Positions 37,079 to 49,800 of a stretch of DNA of 64,000 nucleotides are shown piece after piece. The DNA is from Vezdaea acicularis (lineage: Eukaryota), in NCBI GenBank assembly GCA_026025075.1, contig JAPEUI010000007.1:124001-188000 (forward strand). Reading direction: 5' to 3'. The notes under the pieces were generated by a model that worked only from the letters and a program-made list of their open reading frames with translations, did not search any database and was not told the origin of the DNA. The translations under genes and the position numbers were made by a program. How positions within the stretch are numbered: position 1 is the first letter of the stretch; each line of letters opens with the position of its first letter.

Positions 37079-37186
37079 TTACAGAGGAAGGAAATTATGC
37101 CAAGGTCGAACGTTGTCGTAAGGCGAAAAATCAAGACAGGTAATAGAGTGCTTTTTGAGCCTTGCGAAGTCTGTACACGCTGCAAT
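37079..37186 (-). promoter_or_regulatory. Candidate non-AUG (AUU) upstream coding region in the ODC leader
   Basis: GCA-ATT-G start context. 35 codons IAACTDFARLKKHSITCLDFSPYDNVRPWHNFLPL*, with the stop 38 nt before the ODC ATG. The PW...P-x-stop tail resembles the PPW/PS* ending of known ODC/AZIN1 uCCs. Confidence 0.55.
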
Positions 37187-37210
37187 TGCGTGGGAAGCGA
37201 ATGTGATGCG

Positions 37211-37246
37211 TTAGGGAGGAGGGTTTCTATACAGATAGTTAGACAT
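37211..37246 (-). promoter_or_regulatory. AUG uORF MSNYLYRNPPP* upstream of ODC
   Basis: AAG-ATG-TCT...CCT-CCT-CCC-TAA, same frame as the candidate uCC. A TATA-like TAATATA lies at about 37307-37313. Inclusion in the mRNA is not known. Confidence 0.4.
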
Positions 37247-37852
37247 CTTGCCGGCGTCCCCACATTCGGCAGCTTTCCATTCGTGTTGTGCGGTTAAGTG
37301 TTGGAGTATATTAGGGCAAATAACGAGGTAGGTGACGTGCGGGCGTGCAGATGTCGGGACTTTTTATGGTGACTCGAAATTTTCGCTAAGTGCCGCCGAT
37401 ACCCAAACCCACTGCCCTACGCGTTCGGATCATGCGCAGTGCCGCTGACTAAGCATTCAGGCTGAGGTCTCGGAAATGCGGGCTACTGTCATTATCCTTC
37501 CGAGCATCAACGTTTCTTGTTAGTAAAGGTTACAGCGGAGCAAGCACACAGTCTGAGATTGGCCCTACCAAGATTCTATCGCCGTTTGAATCCGATACAT
37601 ACTTCTATCTGTTGCGTCGCATTCCCGACACTACTCAAATCTTTCATCGAGTCCAAGCTATCCAGCCGTTGCCAGCCGCACCGTAGCATTATGATCACAA
37701 CCCTATCGCATCAAAGGCAATTTCTTTAGTATCTCGACTATCAGCCCAATCGAGCCATTTCGACCATTTCACTAGACTTAGCAATGCAATGACTTCTCTC
37801 CTGGGTCTCTAAAGGAATACCTTCCACGGACTACCTCGAGCGCACCTAAACC

Positions 37853-39133
37853 ATGCGCCCCACCGACCCCCGAATCCGCCAAGCCCTCAACGATCTCTCC
37901 ATTACCTTCGAACATCTCTCAAACTCGACACAAACTGCTCTCTTCTCCTTCCACACACATTACCTTTCCCCCTGCTTGCACGGCACAACCGCGTGCCTCT
38001 CGACCTGCCTCCAACCATGCTTCCCCACCCGCGAAGAGCTCCTCCGTCGTCGCGCCCAGACCCGCTCCCGCGCTGAATTCGCCTTCGACTTCTACGATGA
38101 CTGGGACACCGATGCCAGCGGTCTCAGCCCTGGCGCCGGCGGCTCTTCTGGCATCCTGGGATGGGGCAACGACGAGCTCGACCGGTTGCTAGCGGGTAGT
38201 GGCGCGCACCCATCTGATACTCGAGCTGGGAAGCAGCCCGGCGGACGGAAACGTGGGATGAGCTACGGCACTCGAGGGCATGATTCCGGGGACGACCCAA
38301 CACTTATCCCAAGTACGAGCGTATTCGGCTTCCTCGAACGGCTGCCGTGGAAGATCGGCGGTCGGGGCGTCCGGTATAAGCCCAGCGCGGCGGATCTACA
38401 AGAGCATCCGGGTCAGTTGCGCAGAGATGTCGGCGAGGGGGACCCATTGATGGAAGGCGGGTCAGACGAGGAAGAGGCGTCGTCGTCACGGAAGAAGCGC
38501 CGGAAGCGTAGCGGCACGGTGGGTTCGGGAGAGAGCACCAGCGACTCGTTCCGGAGCCGGGGCGACCTTTTTCCCAGCGATGAAGAAGACGATGCGGTGC
38601 CCCTTGATGACGAGTTTGCGATGGTGCTGGAGCGCCGCACGACAGGCAGTACGCACCGTACGGAGGACACGACAAGCGCGAATGGGAAGAAGCGGAGCGC
38701 AAGCCGGATGACCAGCAAAAGCGGCGAATCGAAAGAAGCAAAAGGGAAAAGGGGTAGTTCCATCTCGCTGAAGTCGGAGGGGGCAAGCGTCGAGGAGGTT
38801 GTGGCGGAAGAGACCGAGGTGCCCACACTCACGGATCTGAAGCGAGAAGAGGAGATGGTTCAGCTGGAGGAAGAACAGGAGGTTGAGAGGAAAAGAGTTG
38901 CCGCTGAAAAGCTTGCTCGCGAGAGAGGCTTGAGCGTGGCTGAAGACGAACGTGTACCGGCCCAGGAGTCGAAAGATAAGCCGTCTGTCGCTGTCGTCGT
39001 CGAAGAAGCACCGTCAGCGAGCCAAGTCGAATCTATAGATCCGCCGGCGACAACGCCAGTAGAGCGGATAGATCCCTCAATACCCTCACAATTACCCGAC
39101 AGCATAGACGAACCCCCAGATCTGGGTTCGTAG
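37853..39133 (+). CDS. Conserved hypothetical protein (426 aa, intronless)
   Basis: Long ORF with good start context (AACCATGC). Ordered motifs FDFYDDWD, WGNDELDRLLAGS, RYKPSAADLQEHP, RSRGDLFPSDEEDDAVPLDDEF; acidic coiled-coil tail. Confidence 0.75.
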   Translation: MRPTDPRIRQALNDLSITFEHLSNSTQTALFSFHTHYLSPCLHGTTACLSTCLQPCFPTREELLRRRAQTRSRAEFAFDFYDDWDTDASGLSPGAGGSSGILGWGNDELDRLLAGSGAHPSDTRAGKQPGGRKRGMSYGTRGHDSGDDPTLIPSTSVFGFLERLPWKIGGRGVRYKPSAADLQEHPGQLRRDVGEGDPLMEGGSDEEEASSSRKKRRKRSGTVGSGESTSDSFRSRGDLFPSDEEDDAVPLDDEFAMVLERRTTGSTHRTEDTTSANGKKRSASRMTSKSGESKEAKGKRGSSISLKSEGASVEEVVAEETEVPTLTDLKREEEMVQLEEEQEVERKRVAAEKLARERGLSVAEDERVPAQESKDKPSVAVVVEEAPSASQVESIDPPATTPVERIDPSIPSQLPDSIDEPPDLGS

Positions 39134-39785
39134 CTTGTGGCCGGGCGGTCTGATGGCAATTCACATATTCCTGTTTATTTTATGGGATCAATTTACCTAC
39201 GGTGACTTGGCGTTTCGGGTCTATAGAGACTTGGCCACATTAGAGGGGCGAAGAGTATTATTAATGGAGTCCTGGAGGGGAAGGCAGGATCGGGATATTG
39301 AGACCCAGCGCTCAGGCGCTTTCGGCAGGAGTGGATGTTGCGAAGATGGGGGCCGGGGGTTATGATCCTCATCTATCGTGCTGCTGCTGCTGCCATGTTT
39401 TGATTACAGAGTAGAGATCTACGCAATGTCCACAAAAGAATTATATTGCTAATGTAGCCACGCCCCACCCATGTTCAATCTCGCAGCGGCCACGCAATGC
39501 AATGCCGTACTACGCCAAATTCCATACAAAGCAGGCACCAATTGAGCAGCCAAAAGTCTCAGAATAGTCTAATAAAGAAACTTACCTTGCTCATCATCGA
39601 AGAACGTATCTTCCCCGAAAAGCAAACCCCTAGTTCCTAGCTCCAGCAGTGTTAAAGGCTAGAACTGCAAATCTCCTTGCTCAAGCTTGTGGCATGAAAA
39701 TGAATCCGACAGTAATAGCACCAGCAGCATGTTGGATGCACAAAATGCCACCCGGGTAAAAAACCCCAAACATCTCAGTAGATAC

Positions 39786-41456
39786 TTAGGGGTCAAAGCC
39801 CTCGTCCAGCCAGTGCCTCGCGACGACAAGACCCTCATCAAAATTGGGGCCTGTGCGGCGGTAAATGATGGCGGCGTGGCTGTGGTCACTCTTGTGGATA
39901 TGGACGGGCCATTTCTTGAAGCCGATATCATCAAGAGCTCGGATCATGGCGAACTGGCGGGGGTGGAGTGCCAAGGTGGGCAGATCTAGCTTGCGGGGCA
40001 TGGCGGGCTTATCGCTCAGCTCGGAGGAGTAGCGACGGAGGGTGCGCGTTGTGGACTTTTGCCCAGATTGTGCCTCCACTACTTCATGTTTGGATGTGAT
40101 GGATGAATGGCTCGTCTCATCAGTAGTCTCTGAAGAGCGTGTAGGAGGTTCAATAGCGAGTTTTTGAGAAGGCCGTGGAGATGCTTGTTGGGTTTGGTTT
40201 GGATATGCGGCAACTTCCTCGGTGCCATCGTCGAGGTACTCTTGGTCGCGAGCATTGTTGATACCTTCAATGACGCCTTCGACCGCGCTCTGCACGTTGT
40301 CAACGAGGAGTGGAATACGGTACGTTCCGAATACACCATCCACTTCAGTCTCGTGGAGACGAATGCGCCGGCTGCTGCGGAAGGACTCAAAAAATGAGTG
40401 AATGATAAAGAACATAAGGAACACTGGGATCAGAATAATCCTGAGAATAGTCCATGGCGCGGTTCTGGCAAAATTGGCGCTTTTCGCTCCCAACCTGTGG
40501 CTAAATGTGGTGGGCAAGTCCTTAATCCTTGGAGTTACTGAATTATCTGGATCAACTATCACTGGCTCATATCCTTTGATGTATTGGACATTGACCTTAC
40601 TTAAATCCGTGAATGGATCATTCCGGGAGATTCCTGTAGTGTAAAACACGGCAGAACGGTCGTTGATGATGTTACAATACAGACTCCGATTCCGGAATTT
40701 TGCCAGTCCCTTGATAAATATGCTTCCGGGATCCGCGAGGAGCGACAGAAGGGGCTCTCCAGTATCACGAAAAGAGTCAATCATGAAAAGCTGGCGGCCA
40801 GAAGCAGAGAGGAGCCGAGCACCAAGCACATTCCACAGATGCATATGTGGCCCACGTAGCGGCGTCCGAACGCCCAAATGAGGGGTTGCAAAGGTGGTAA
40901 AGTTCTAGACCACCATGTTAGGATCAATAGTGAATCTGTCGTCAACAACAGGCGAGAAAGGGAAATACGCCTGACGTACCACAGGTTCAATCTGGTCAAG
41001 CTTTCCTTTAGAATATAGTAAGCCTATCACATATCGAGCAATGAGACCACCTAGTGAGTATCCAATGATACTGAGCTTCCTGATCTTGACTCCATCTCGA
41101 GCAAGTTGCTCAAGCTTCTCCTCAATCTCATGACCAACACGTTCCGCACCAACATCTATCCCATCATATGTGTAGTTATTCGAGTTACTCTTCGTGACAA
41201 GGACGTGTAGCTTGGAAGTGGGATGCTTTTCTTTAAGTGACTTTGCCAGGAAGCTCAGGTGGCCAGGATTACCCCAGAGTCTGCAGCGGAAAATATAAAA
41301 TGTTAGCCTCCTGTTGGTTGGCAGCGACTCATACATTGGACCAATTTTGGGTCGACCTCCTTCACACCCCTTGACTCACCCATGAATCAAGACGCAGAGG
41401 TGCTCATCGCTATCTTGCTGCACTGAGGCGTTATCATGGCATTCGCTCTTTTCCAT
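39786..41456 (-). CDS. DUF676 putative serine esterase/lipase
   Basis: HLCVLIHG|LWGNP, TYDGIDVGAER, nucleophile elbow GYSLGG, NFTTFATPHLG, LYCNIINDRS, HSHAAII. Three exons. Confidence 0.9.
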
Positions 41457-42211
41457 TCAGCTAGTGATACAGATCTCGGAGTAAAAGCAGGAGACCTAAA
41501 ACTGTGATGACGTAAAGAAGCAACCTCAAGAGAATGAGTTGAGTTGAGCAAATGCAGAAGTCCGCCCGTCAGAGATGTGTCGAGGAAGGGAGAAAGTGAG
41601 TGAGGGAGTGGAGGCAATAGAAATCCGCACGACTACGAGCCGCGCGGGCAATCGGGGTGGTTGTTTGACCGCCAGATAAGACCAAAGGGAGCTCGAAGTT
41701 GGGCACTTTCCGAGTTCGGCAAGATCTTAATCCTGGAAGATTTACTAGTCGCGGGCACCTGCATGGCGCCAGTGTTGCCCACGTTAACAGCAATGACGAT
41801 CAAAGCGTGGAATGCCAACTTTGGGGCGTGGGTGCGGCCATAGAGCCGGCTCAGATGACATGCAAAATATCAAAATGGTCCACTACGATTGGTCTCATCA
41901 ATTGTAACGGTTGAGGACAAAGCGCCGATGGGCGAATAGCGCCACGGACTGCAGTAAAAGCAAATCCAACCCCCCGCAATGTCATAGTCCTACGACTAAT
42001 ACAATTATCAAATTGCACACTGGAATAAACCGCGAGCCCTCGAATAAGGGTTAAGGGGATGCTAGAATTGGTGCAAAGATTTGATCCATATCCCTTCGAT
42101 CTCTGGAGGTCTGTCTACCAGCTAAAATGCAAAGTCTCCCTACGCATATCGCCCGAAATGCACCCAGTGGGGAAATCTAACTACACGACTAAACTCATTA
42201 GATCCTTGGGA

Positions 42212-43471
42212 TCAAGTGTGTGTTGGCTTAAACGTTAGACGCTCTGCAGTCTGGAACGGGACGCCCAACTCAAAGAGCTTGACGATTACGTCGCTGAATT
42301 CGTTAAAGAAAACATCAGAGTCCTTGGCATAGCGCTCCACGTGGGGGCGGAACGCCTTATCCTTGATCAAAACCATATCCGTTGGTAGCATCATCAAGCT
42401 CTTGGTGGTCTTGTCTTCGTATTGCTTGGGGCCATTCCACTACACATGATCAGCCTTTAGTTTCGGGACATTGGGAGCGCTTCTTGTCACCTTTTTCCAA
42501 TTCCAAGCTTCATCAAGTAGCAGCTTATAGTAATCGTTCGTCACAACCGTCGGGCTGAACGTCCATGGACCTGAGTAGCCGCTGCGATCGGTATGGCATC
42601 GGCCAAGCGCATGTGCTCCACTTAACGCTACAATTTCACGATCATCGAATCCCATACGGCCGAAGATAGCCCTCAGGTGGTCCTGTCCCTTCGAGGCATC
42701 AGGAAGTCGGCCATCGGGGGTACAAAACGACATATCACGATCAGCACGCCCTGGTCGCCACGGTATTTGAGGTCCAAGCATCTCTTGAATAGCGCAGACT
42801 CCTCCTAATGTCCAAAGGTCGGAATAGGTGATCCATGGGAACTTCTCTTTGACAGGCTCCAGGAAATCCCTAATCTACATGTCAGCGTAAGTCCGTCGTT
42901 AGTGCATGAAGCTAGCTACGCTTCAAAGTCAAGCGAATGTCTACGTCTAGATGCCCTGATTAAACTCTTACCTCGCAGCTTTCAATCCAGCGTTTGCTCC
43001 ATGATCACCCTCCGGGGCAAATCTCATTGTCGCACCATTCGATCCACCAGTACCAGTGGCCTTATCATAGGTTCCCGAAGCATGCCAAGCCAATCTGACC
43101 AGCACCGGTCCATAGCTCCCATCATCATATTCGTCATGCTCTTCAAGAAGTTTAGCAACCTCATTGTAAACCGCTTGGTAGTCTTCTTGCTTTGGCTTAA
43201 ATTCTTTTGGCTCCTTGGTCTTTGAGGATCCCATGAAACTCGAGAGCATCTCTTTGCCATTGTCCGTATTGGTAAGGTAATAACCTCCACCAACAGCAAA
43301 TGCAGTAACGCCGACAAAGCTGTAGAGTGTAGCCCTCGACGAGCTAGAAGAATTAGTCGAGGAGGAGGAGTAGCCACGGCGAGGCGGCGCCTGGAAACGC
43401 GGAGCCCTTACGGCGGACCCAAGGCTCCTTCGAAGAGAAGCGCGAGCCAACGGGCGGATTGTAGACGCCAT
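42212..43471 (-). CDS. CCP1: Mitochondrial cytochrome c peroxidase
   Basis: Arg/Ser-rich presequence plus TM segment. [42 protein letters not shown]. Two introns. Confidence 0.95.
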
Positions 43472-44283
43472 GGCGTACGTTTGATCTAAGATGTGGAAGT
43501 ATGGAAGTGGCCAAAGTAAATCAAGTGATTAGAAAAGGAGTGAAGGAAGGTCACAAAATGAAGTCGAGCATCGAAGGCGACAAATCTGCTCAGTGCCACG
43601 ATGGTGACGGTAAGGACGTTAGGGTATTTCGGTCTTAGCTCCGGGGTTCGTCGAACCGCGCCGAAATTCATTTCGGGTTGCGCCGGCACGCGGTGAGCGA
43701 TTGATAAGAACGCACCCATCACTGTCTTCCAACCCTTTTGAATCTCCCTGACCCCACAGATTACCAATTTCACGTACAATTCACTATTTCACAAGACTTT
43801 AGATAGTTCCAAAGAAGTTAATCTACGACTTTCAAGTTTTGGCCATCGTGTCTGGCTTTCCACAACAAGCGCTACTATAGCGTGAACGCTGCAAGGAACC
43901 TCGATAAGCGAGATCTGCCTCCGGACAAAATGCCAATCTATGAGAACAAGGTCGCCCGCAAGCCCATCAATGGAACACGGAGTCAGCGGTGCGCATTTCA
44001 TGTAGCACGACTGCTGCCAACCCAAAGGAGATTCCCAATCCGCGAAGGTAAATAGTCGCTTTCGCAGACAGGGAGATAGTATATGTCCCACTCAGTGCCC
44101 GAAAGCATGCAGCAATTCCAATGGAAGTTGGTCCTTCTCGCCAAATCAAGTCAACCGTGTGCTCCGTACCAATGCAGGGTATCATGCCAATGAACAAGAA
44201 AATTCGTCACCTCCATTTGGGACCGCTTTTCAATGCTAGCTGTTGTTCCGCATGAATATGAAAGACCCGCTATCGATATAAGT

Positions 44284-45785
44284 TCAGGTCGAGAATGAAG
44301 CGAAGAGCATATCCGGCGTCGGCCCTGAATCTTCTATGCTTAGTCCATTACTGGATAGAGGAAGGCCAGCCGTGCCTGTCGAGTGTGGGCTTGGTATCGG
44401 CTCACCAAAATTGGGCGGGATGTCTAAGTAAACTTTGGTTTGAGGAGAGCGATTAGCAACCTTTGGGGGCACCTCTTTGAAGGCAGCAGGATAAGATTCG
44501 TAGATGGATTCTGCGAGTAGTGTCCATGCTTTCTCAGAGGGCTTGCGGCTAATCTTGATACTACGCCTGTAGGCATCCACCTTCGACATGTCTTCCTCGG
44601 TGAGTTTCAACTCGGCGGCTTTCGCCAGAAAGAATTCTTTGCGCAGCTGGCGGTAGTCCTTATTTCTCGACTTTATAGATTCGGCATAGTGGTCCATAAA
44701 ATCTTCCATGTCGCTGATCTCGTTCACCGTGTCGATATCTCGAAGGCCTCGAGCTTGTTGCCATTCAGATATCTCCTGCCTGGTCTTCTCCGCTTCACCT
44801 GCAGGGACGGTGATGAAATCCTCGTATTCCGCCTTCAGGGCCTCCACGTCCTTTATCCTGTAATATACCTTGGTCTGTACATGTCTAGAGCGCCACACAG
44901 GTTCTCTTGGGTTCACTTTGTCGATGCCCTTGTAAGTCTGACCCTTAAATTTTCCGCCCCAAAGACAAATCTGGATATTCCGAAAGTGATAACCTATCAT
45001 GGCTTCGGCAGCCTCCTGCTATATACAAGTCAACATGGTATTCAAGGCAAGTTATGATCAGGAACAAGATTTAGATTGTATACCTTGATCGTGTTTTCCT
45101 CGCGGCATTTGCTGCACCACTTTGCGCGCCAAGCCCAAAAGATCTTAATCGTTGGTCGTTCCCCACACCCATGGCACTGATCGTCAAACAGCAGCACATT
45201 GAATCTAAGCTCACTCATGCCTCCAGGAGGCTTAGGCATATTGGGGCCGAAGTAATTCAGCCGGGAGGTCTCCCATATTTTCGGATATCGTAGGAGGTAA
45301 TCGTTGAACATCCTGCAGACTAGCCTGGCCTGTCTAAGGTATTTCGGACTCATAAAGCTCATGACGGTGACAAAGACATCGTAAGGGATCTCTGCTAATA
45401 CAGGTTTACCGCGGCGGAACTTAGTATCCCCATTAGGCTGTCTTTTAGTCCGGCCATTAGCACCAATAGCGCGCCGATCCCTCCCTTTACGTTCATTGCG
45501 TTGGCGCTTCAAAGGCGGCGCGCTTTCAGGTATACTTCCATAAGCACTGTCGTCTTCAGTAGATAGCTTGAGAGCTCCTTTTCGGACTCCCACAATCGCA
45601 TCTTTGAGGGAAATAGCCTCGGCTTCGTTACCGCCCAAGGATACCTTAACATCCGGATGCATTGTCTCTAGAAGGACGAAGTGGTTCAGGTAACGACGCC
45701 AACCTTTTGCGAAGAGACCTGGGATATCCCCTTCGCTAATTTTGTCGGTACTGATTGCAATATTCCCTTTCAGCGGGCCGTCCAT
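44284..45785 (-). CDS. F-box domain protein with CxxC...CxxC motif
   Basis: F-box-like LAEIPYDVFVTVMSFMSPKYLRQARLVCRMFNDYL...IWETSR; CHGC...WCSKC. Intron 45083-45016 joins the two ORFs in frame. Start uncertain (45785 or 45899). Confidence 0.7.
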
Positions 45786-46821
45786 GACTACCTCCTGGTT
45801 GAGGATATGTGAAAGGAAAGAGTTGGTTTCTGTGAAAGTGAGTTCAGGTAATCTAAAGTGTAGCGAGAGTATTTTGAAGGTGTAACTCACGGGAAGCATT
45901 AGCCATCCTCAATGTCACCGACGCTGCAATTCCGTTGCTCCTTGTGGTTTGAGAATTGGTTGCTTTTCAATTATGTCAGTGGCAAGATATTGGAATATAA
46001 AGAAAACCTCACAGGATGACTCGGTTTGGGCCTGAGGCGGGGACGTCTGCGGAGTACCCTCACCAGCTTCTGGGAGCTCCATGATGTCCACCATCCTGAG
46101 TATTGCAAAATTACGTTGCTCAGTTACCTTCTAAATAATAAGGAAGGAATAATGAAAGAGAGAGAAAACATGAGAGATTCGGTATGGCTATCGTCGAGCA
46201 AGGGAAGGTTGTCAGTTCAGAACTGAACTGAACTGAACGGATCGAGAATAGATCCTCAGCAAAGGGCACCAAAACGTGAGAGGAACAGCGACCGACGATC
46301 GAGCATAAATCACGCCATCAGCATGTTGAGAAAGAAATTTCAACGGAGCCTACGAGGCGTTCAGGATGGAACTCACAGTCTACAAGACCAAGGAGAAGTG
46401 AACTTAAGAGAAGGCTTCCGGTCCAGGTAGAAGGCAGATCTTAAGCTCGCTTAAGACCTTCATGCGGCTTAGCGAGAATTTTTTTACTGTCGAGTACACG
46501 CTGCTGTGCCAGGCCACAGAGTCGGCAGGACCTCTTTCAAGTTGAGCAGTGTTAGCCACGTGGTATAGCGTTAGGCCCAACCATAAGATAAATTCATCAT
46601 CCGATCGATATCTTTTCAAGATGTATGTACGTCGAGTTTGGCCCCGAAATATCGCAATTCTCGCCCATTTTTGACAACGTAATTTGCGGTGGGCAGTCTT
46701 CTGATTATTAAGTACCACGTGAAGGCAGCATATCTTTGATCTATTATATATATACGATATGACAAATAGAAAAAGACTCGTGGAGAACTGCTTTCCTGCG
46801 ACTCGAAGGCCCGCCTTGTCC

Positions 46822-49800
46822 TCAATAGGGAATGCCATTTGTCTGTTTCTGGAACTCATCATATACGCCCGTACTATAACTACCCGCACTTCGCTTGACC
46901 AGGTATCTCATATACTCGGCAGCTTCCCTCTCGTTTTTATCAAGCACGAACCTATCCCTAAAGTTCTGTATGGTAGTCAGCTTGAAACAGGGCAACCCGC
47001 TATCAAGCATTGGTTGGACGACGTGTACTAATTTCTCGCAATACTGGCGCGATGCTAGAAATGATTTGATGCATAGTTGCTCGAACAAGTGGAAGGACTG
47101 AGAGTCTGTGCTGCCTCCCATCACGGCGATCATTTCTCCAGTAAGCTTGAACGGCGCGCGCTCGAATTTGACACCTCCTGGCGCTATATCAAAGCAGAAC
47201 CCAAAATCTAGGCAGTTATCATCAGCGCTTCTCTCAACTCAAGAGATCATGCTTGGGTACTCTTACCAATATGGAGAATATGGCCCGCGTCATCGATCAT
47301 AATGTTACCGTTATGGCGGTCCTTCAACTGTAGTAAATATGAAATGACTGAGTATGCGGCCATGCTCTTCACAAAGTTGCTACGAGCCTCTTGGAATCTG
47401 ATAGAATCGATGCCGCCATACTTCGAGATGAAATAGTCATACAAGCCATTGACTGCTTCGCGCCCAAGCATGTCTCTAGAGATCGAGTTCGGAAGTACAT
47501 CAATAACACCACAACCCGGTGCAGTAGCTGTGACCCGATACGGGTATACGAATACATCTAGCCCGACACTGTTGAAGATTCCTCGGAAAGCGGCGATCAT
47601 CTGGAGAGCGAGGATGTCTTGGCGACAGTCATCTCCAACTTTGAAGATAGCAGATTGCCAAACCTCGATTGTAGCTTTCTGGCGGATAGGCTGGTCCCGA
47701 TTTGCTTCCTCCAGGAGCTTTTCAGTGCCCTCTTGAGAACCAACATTCTTCTGAATGCGAAATGTCGCCATATATGGTGCTTTGGCATGACTCTGGAGTG
47801 GCTTCCCGGATTTCCGATCGATACCGATTACGACGCCATCAGGATTACTTGGTAAATAGACTCCCACATCGACTTTTATTTTTCGCAGCTCCTCCTCAAT
47901 TTTTTGTTTCTTTTCCGGCTTCGTCTTCTTTATATATGGACGCAATTTTCCGGATATATCGGTAATCTCGTTGAAAAAGGAGAATTCACGTTCGTAGAAC
48001 GCCTTGTCGGCCAGAGAGAAGGAAGATATCAACGAAGTCATCACTTTGTCTAAGATCGGCTTGACGGAATCAGGCTAATGGAAATTAGTACGAACAGAAT
48101 TGATGGAGTTGGTTACAGTCGACTTACAACTTCTGAGTCTTCGTCTTTGTAAGCATTCGCCTTCATATTCCAGATGATTTGATGAGCAAACAGCTGTGAG
48201 AACTTTGCTGTCTCAATGATGTAGCGCTCTACATATCCTAAGTCGTCATGTCGTAACGATTGGACGATTTGTGGTACATAGAAGAAGGTAACGTCTACTG
48301 AATGGCTCTCTAGAGCTCTCATTGCGTACTGCAATATGAAGGGATTAGATCCATAAGTTGGTAAGAAGTACGTGACTGCCGTTATAGGGTCCACTGGAGC
48401 CCAGTAAAGCAAATACTAATTACATTAGCGTTGTTCTTGATCTCAAACCCTCATCCATTCTCTATACCTTCAGTTGAAATGTCAGATCCGTAGGCAAAAC
48501 TCCTCCAAGCAAAATCTGTAAGGCTTCTGGCTCTTCAAGGGCCTTTTTTGGGAAGTTGACAAGTAGCCATCGGATATCACTGAAAATTTTCGCAGATTGA
48601 AATCGGGTCGCCAGTTGCACAGTCAAAGCAACACTCTCTGCCCATGCCGTCTTGAGTAGGGTGGAAATAAGAGCCTAGAATCGTATCAGTACGAGCCACG
48701 TGTAATTTATATGCCATCTTACATCAGTAGGAGTCCTTGCTACCTGGGTAGAAAAGTACTGCTTTTTGTCGTGATCGAGAGGAAACAGCCAGACCATCAA
48801 TCTAGTTTGCTCGTCTTGTAGGAGTATCAACAGCAAGTCCTGCTTTGATTGAAGTGACTTCAAAAGGCCCTCGGACTTAGCTCCAATATTTGCGGTACTG
48901 CGAAGAGCAATCTCTACATCAGCCAAGAGATGAGTCTCAGCCTTTATTTGTAGTCGATTACCGCCGAAAGACCATCTATCCAAATAAGCTAGTGGCAATA
49001 ACAGATACTAAAGCGGGACTCGAACACATACCGTGGAGGGAACGCAAACCATCTCAACGCAGCGGATAGGATGCAGTCTTTCAGATTCCACATTGTAGCA
49101 GGATCAGTCTCAGTGCTATGACGCAAAATTTTTAGTCCAAGTAAGACTATCTGAAAATGTATTTCTCTTGCCAAGGGGTGTCCAGCGCTATTTTTGAGGG
49201 CATCTAGAGTAATCACAATGAGTCTGTGAAAAATCCTCTCTAGGTGAGGACTGCCGAATCTGTTTGCACCAAAGTGGCTTGTCAAGAACTGGAGAATACG
49301 GAAATGGGGACCAATTAAATTTAGTACTTTTTGTTGGCGTTTGAGGAGGGCGCCTTTATCAGAAGGTGCGAATTCTTCTTTCAAGTAGAAGGGATCCGAG
49401 TAGCTGTCTAGTGTTAGCACATGCAGAGGGGTTCATCTATAGCAACCTACTGAAATTCTTCGTTGAAGGCGCCCTTCTTACTATGTACCGTGCGCTCCCA
49501 ATTTTCAGCAATCTCAACTAGTATGCGCGACTGCATGAATGGATTCTCATTGATGACTCCCATCCACAACGAGATGCCTAGTTTGATAGCTTGCTTTGTG
49601 AAGATAGCGAATGGTATTCCGACGAGATGGTGGACGATTGCACATTGATCCTTCTTCGAACGGCAAAGTAGAGCTGCTGCCCTCCTCAAAACATCTCGAA
49701 GCTCGGCAATAGATACATATTTCTGGCTCAGTGTACGGCCTTCCAATTTTATCAGTATCGATTCGGCGTCTTCAATGTCCTGACCGGTTTTGGAAATTGT

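Noticed and set aside
46404..46889. 161-aa ORF downstream of STT4
   Set aside because: Overlaps the STT4 end and its AT-rich 3' UTR; no protein-like features.
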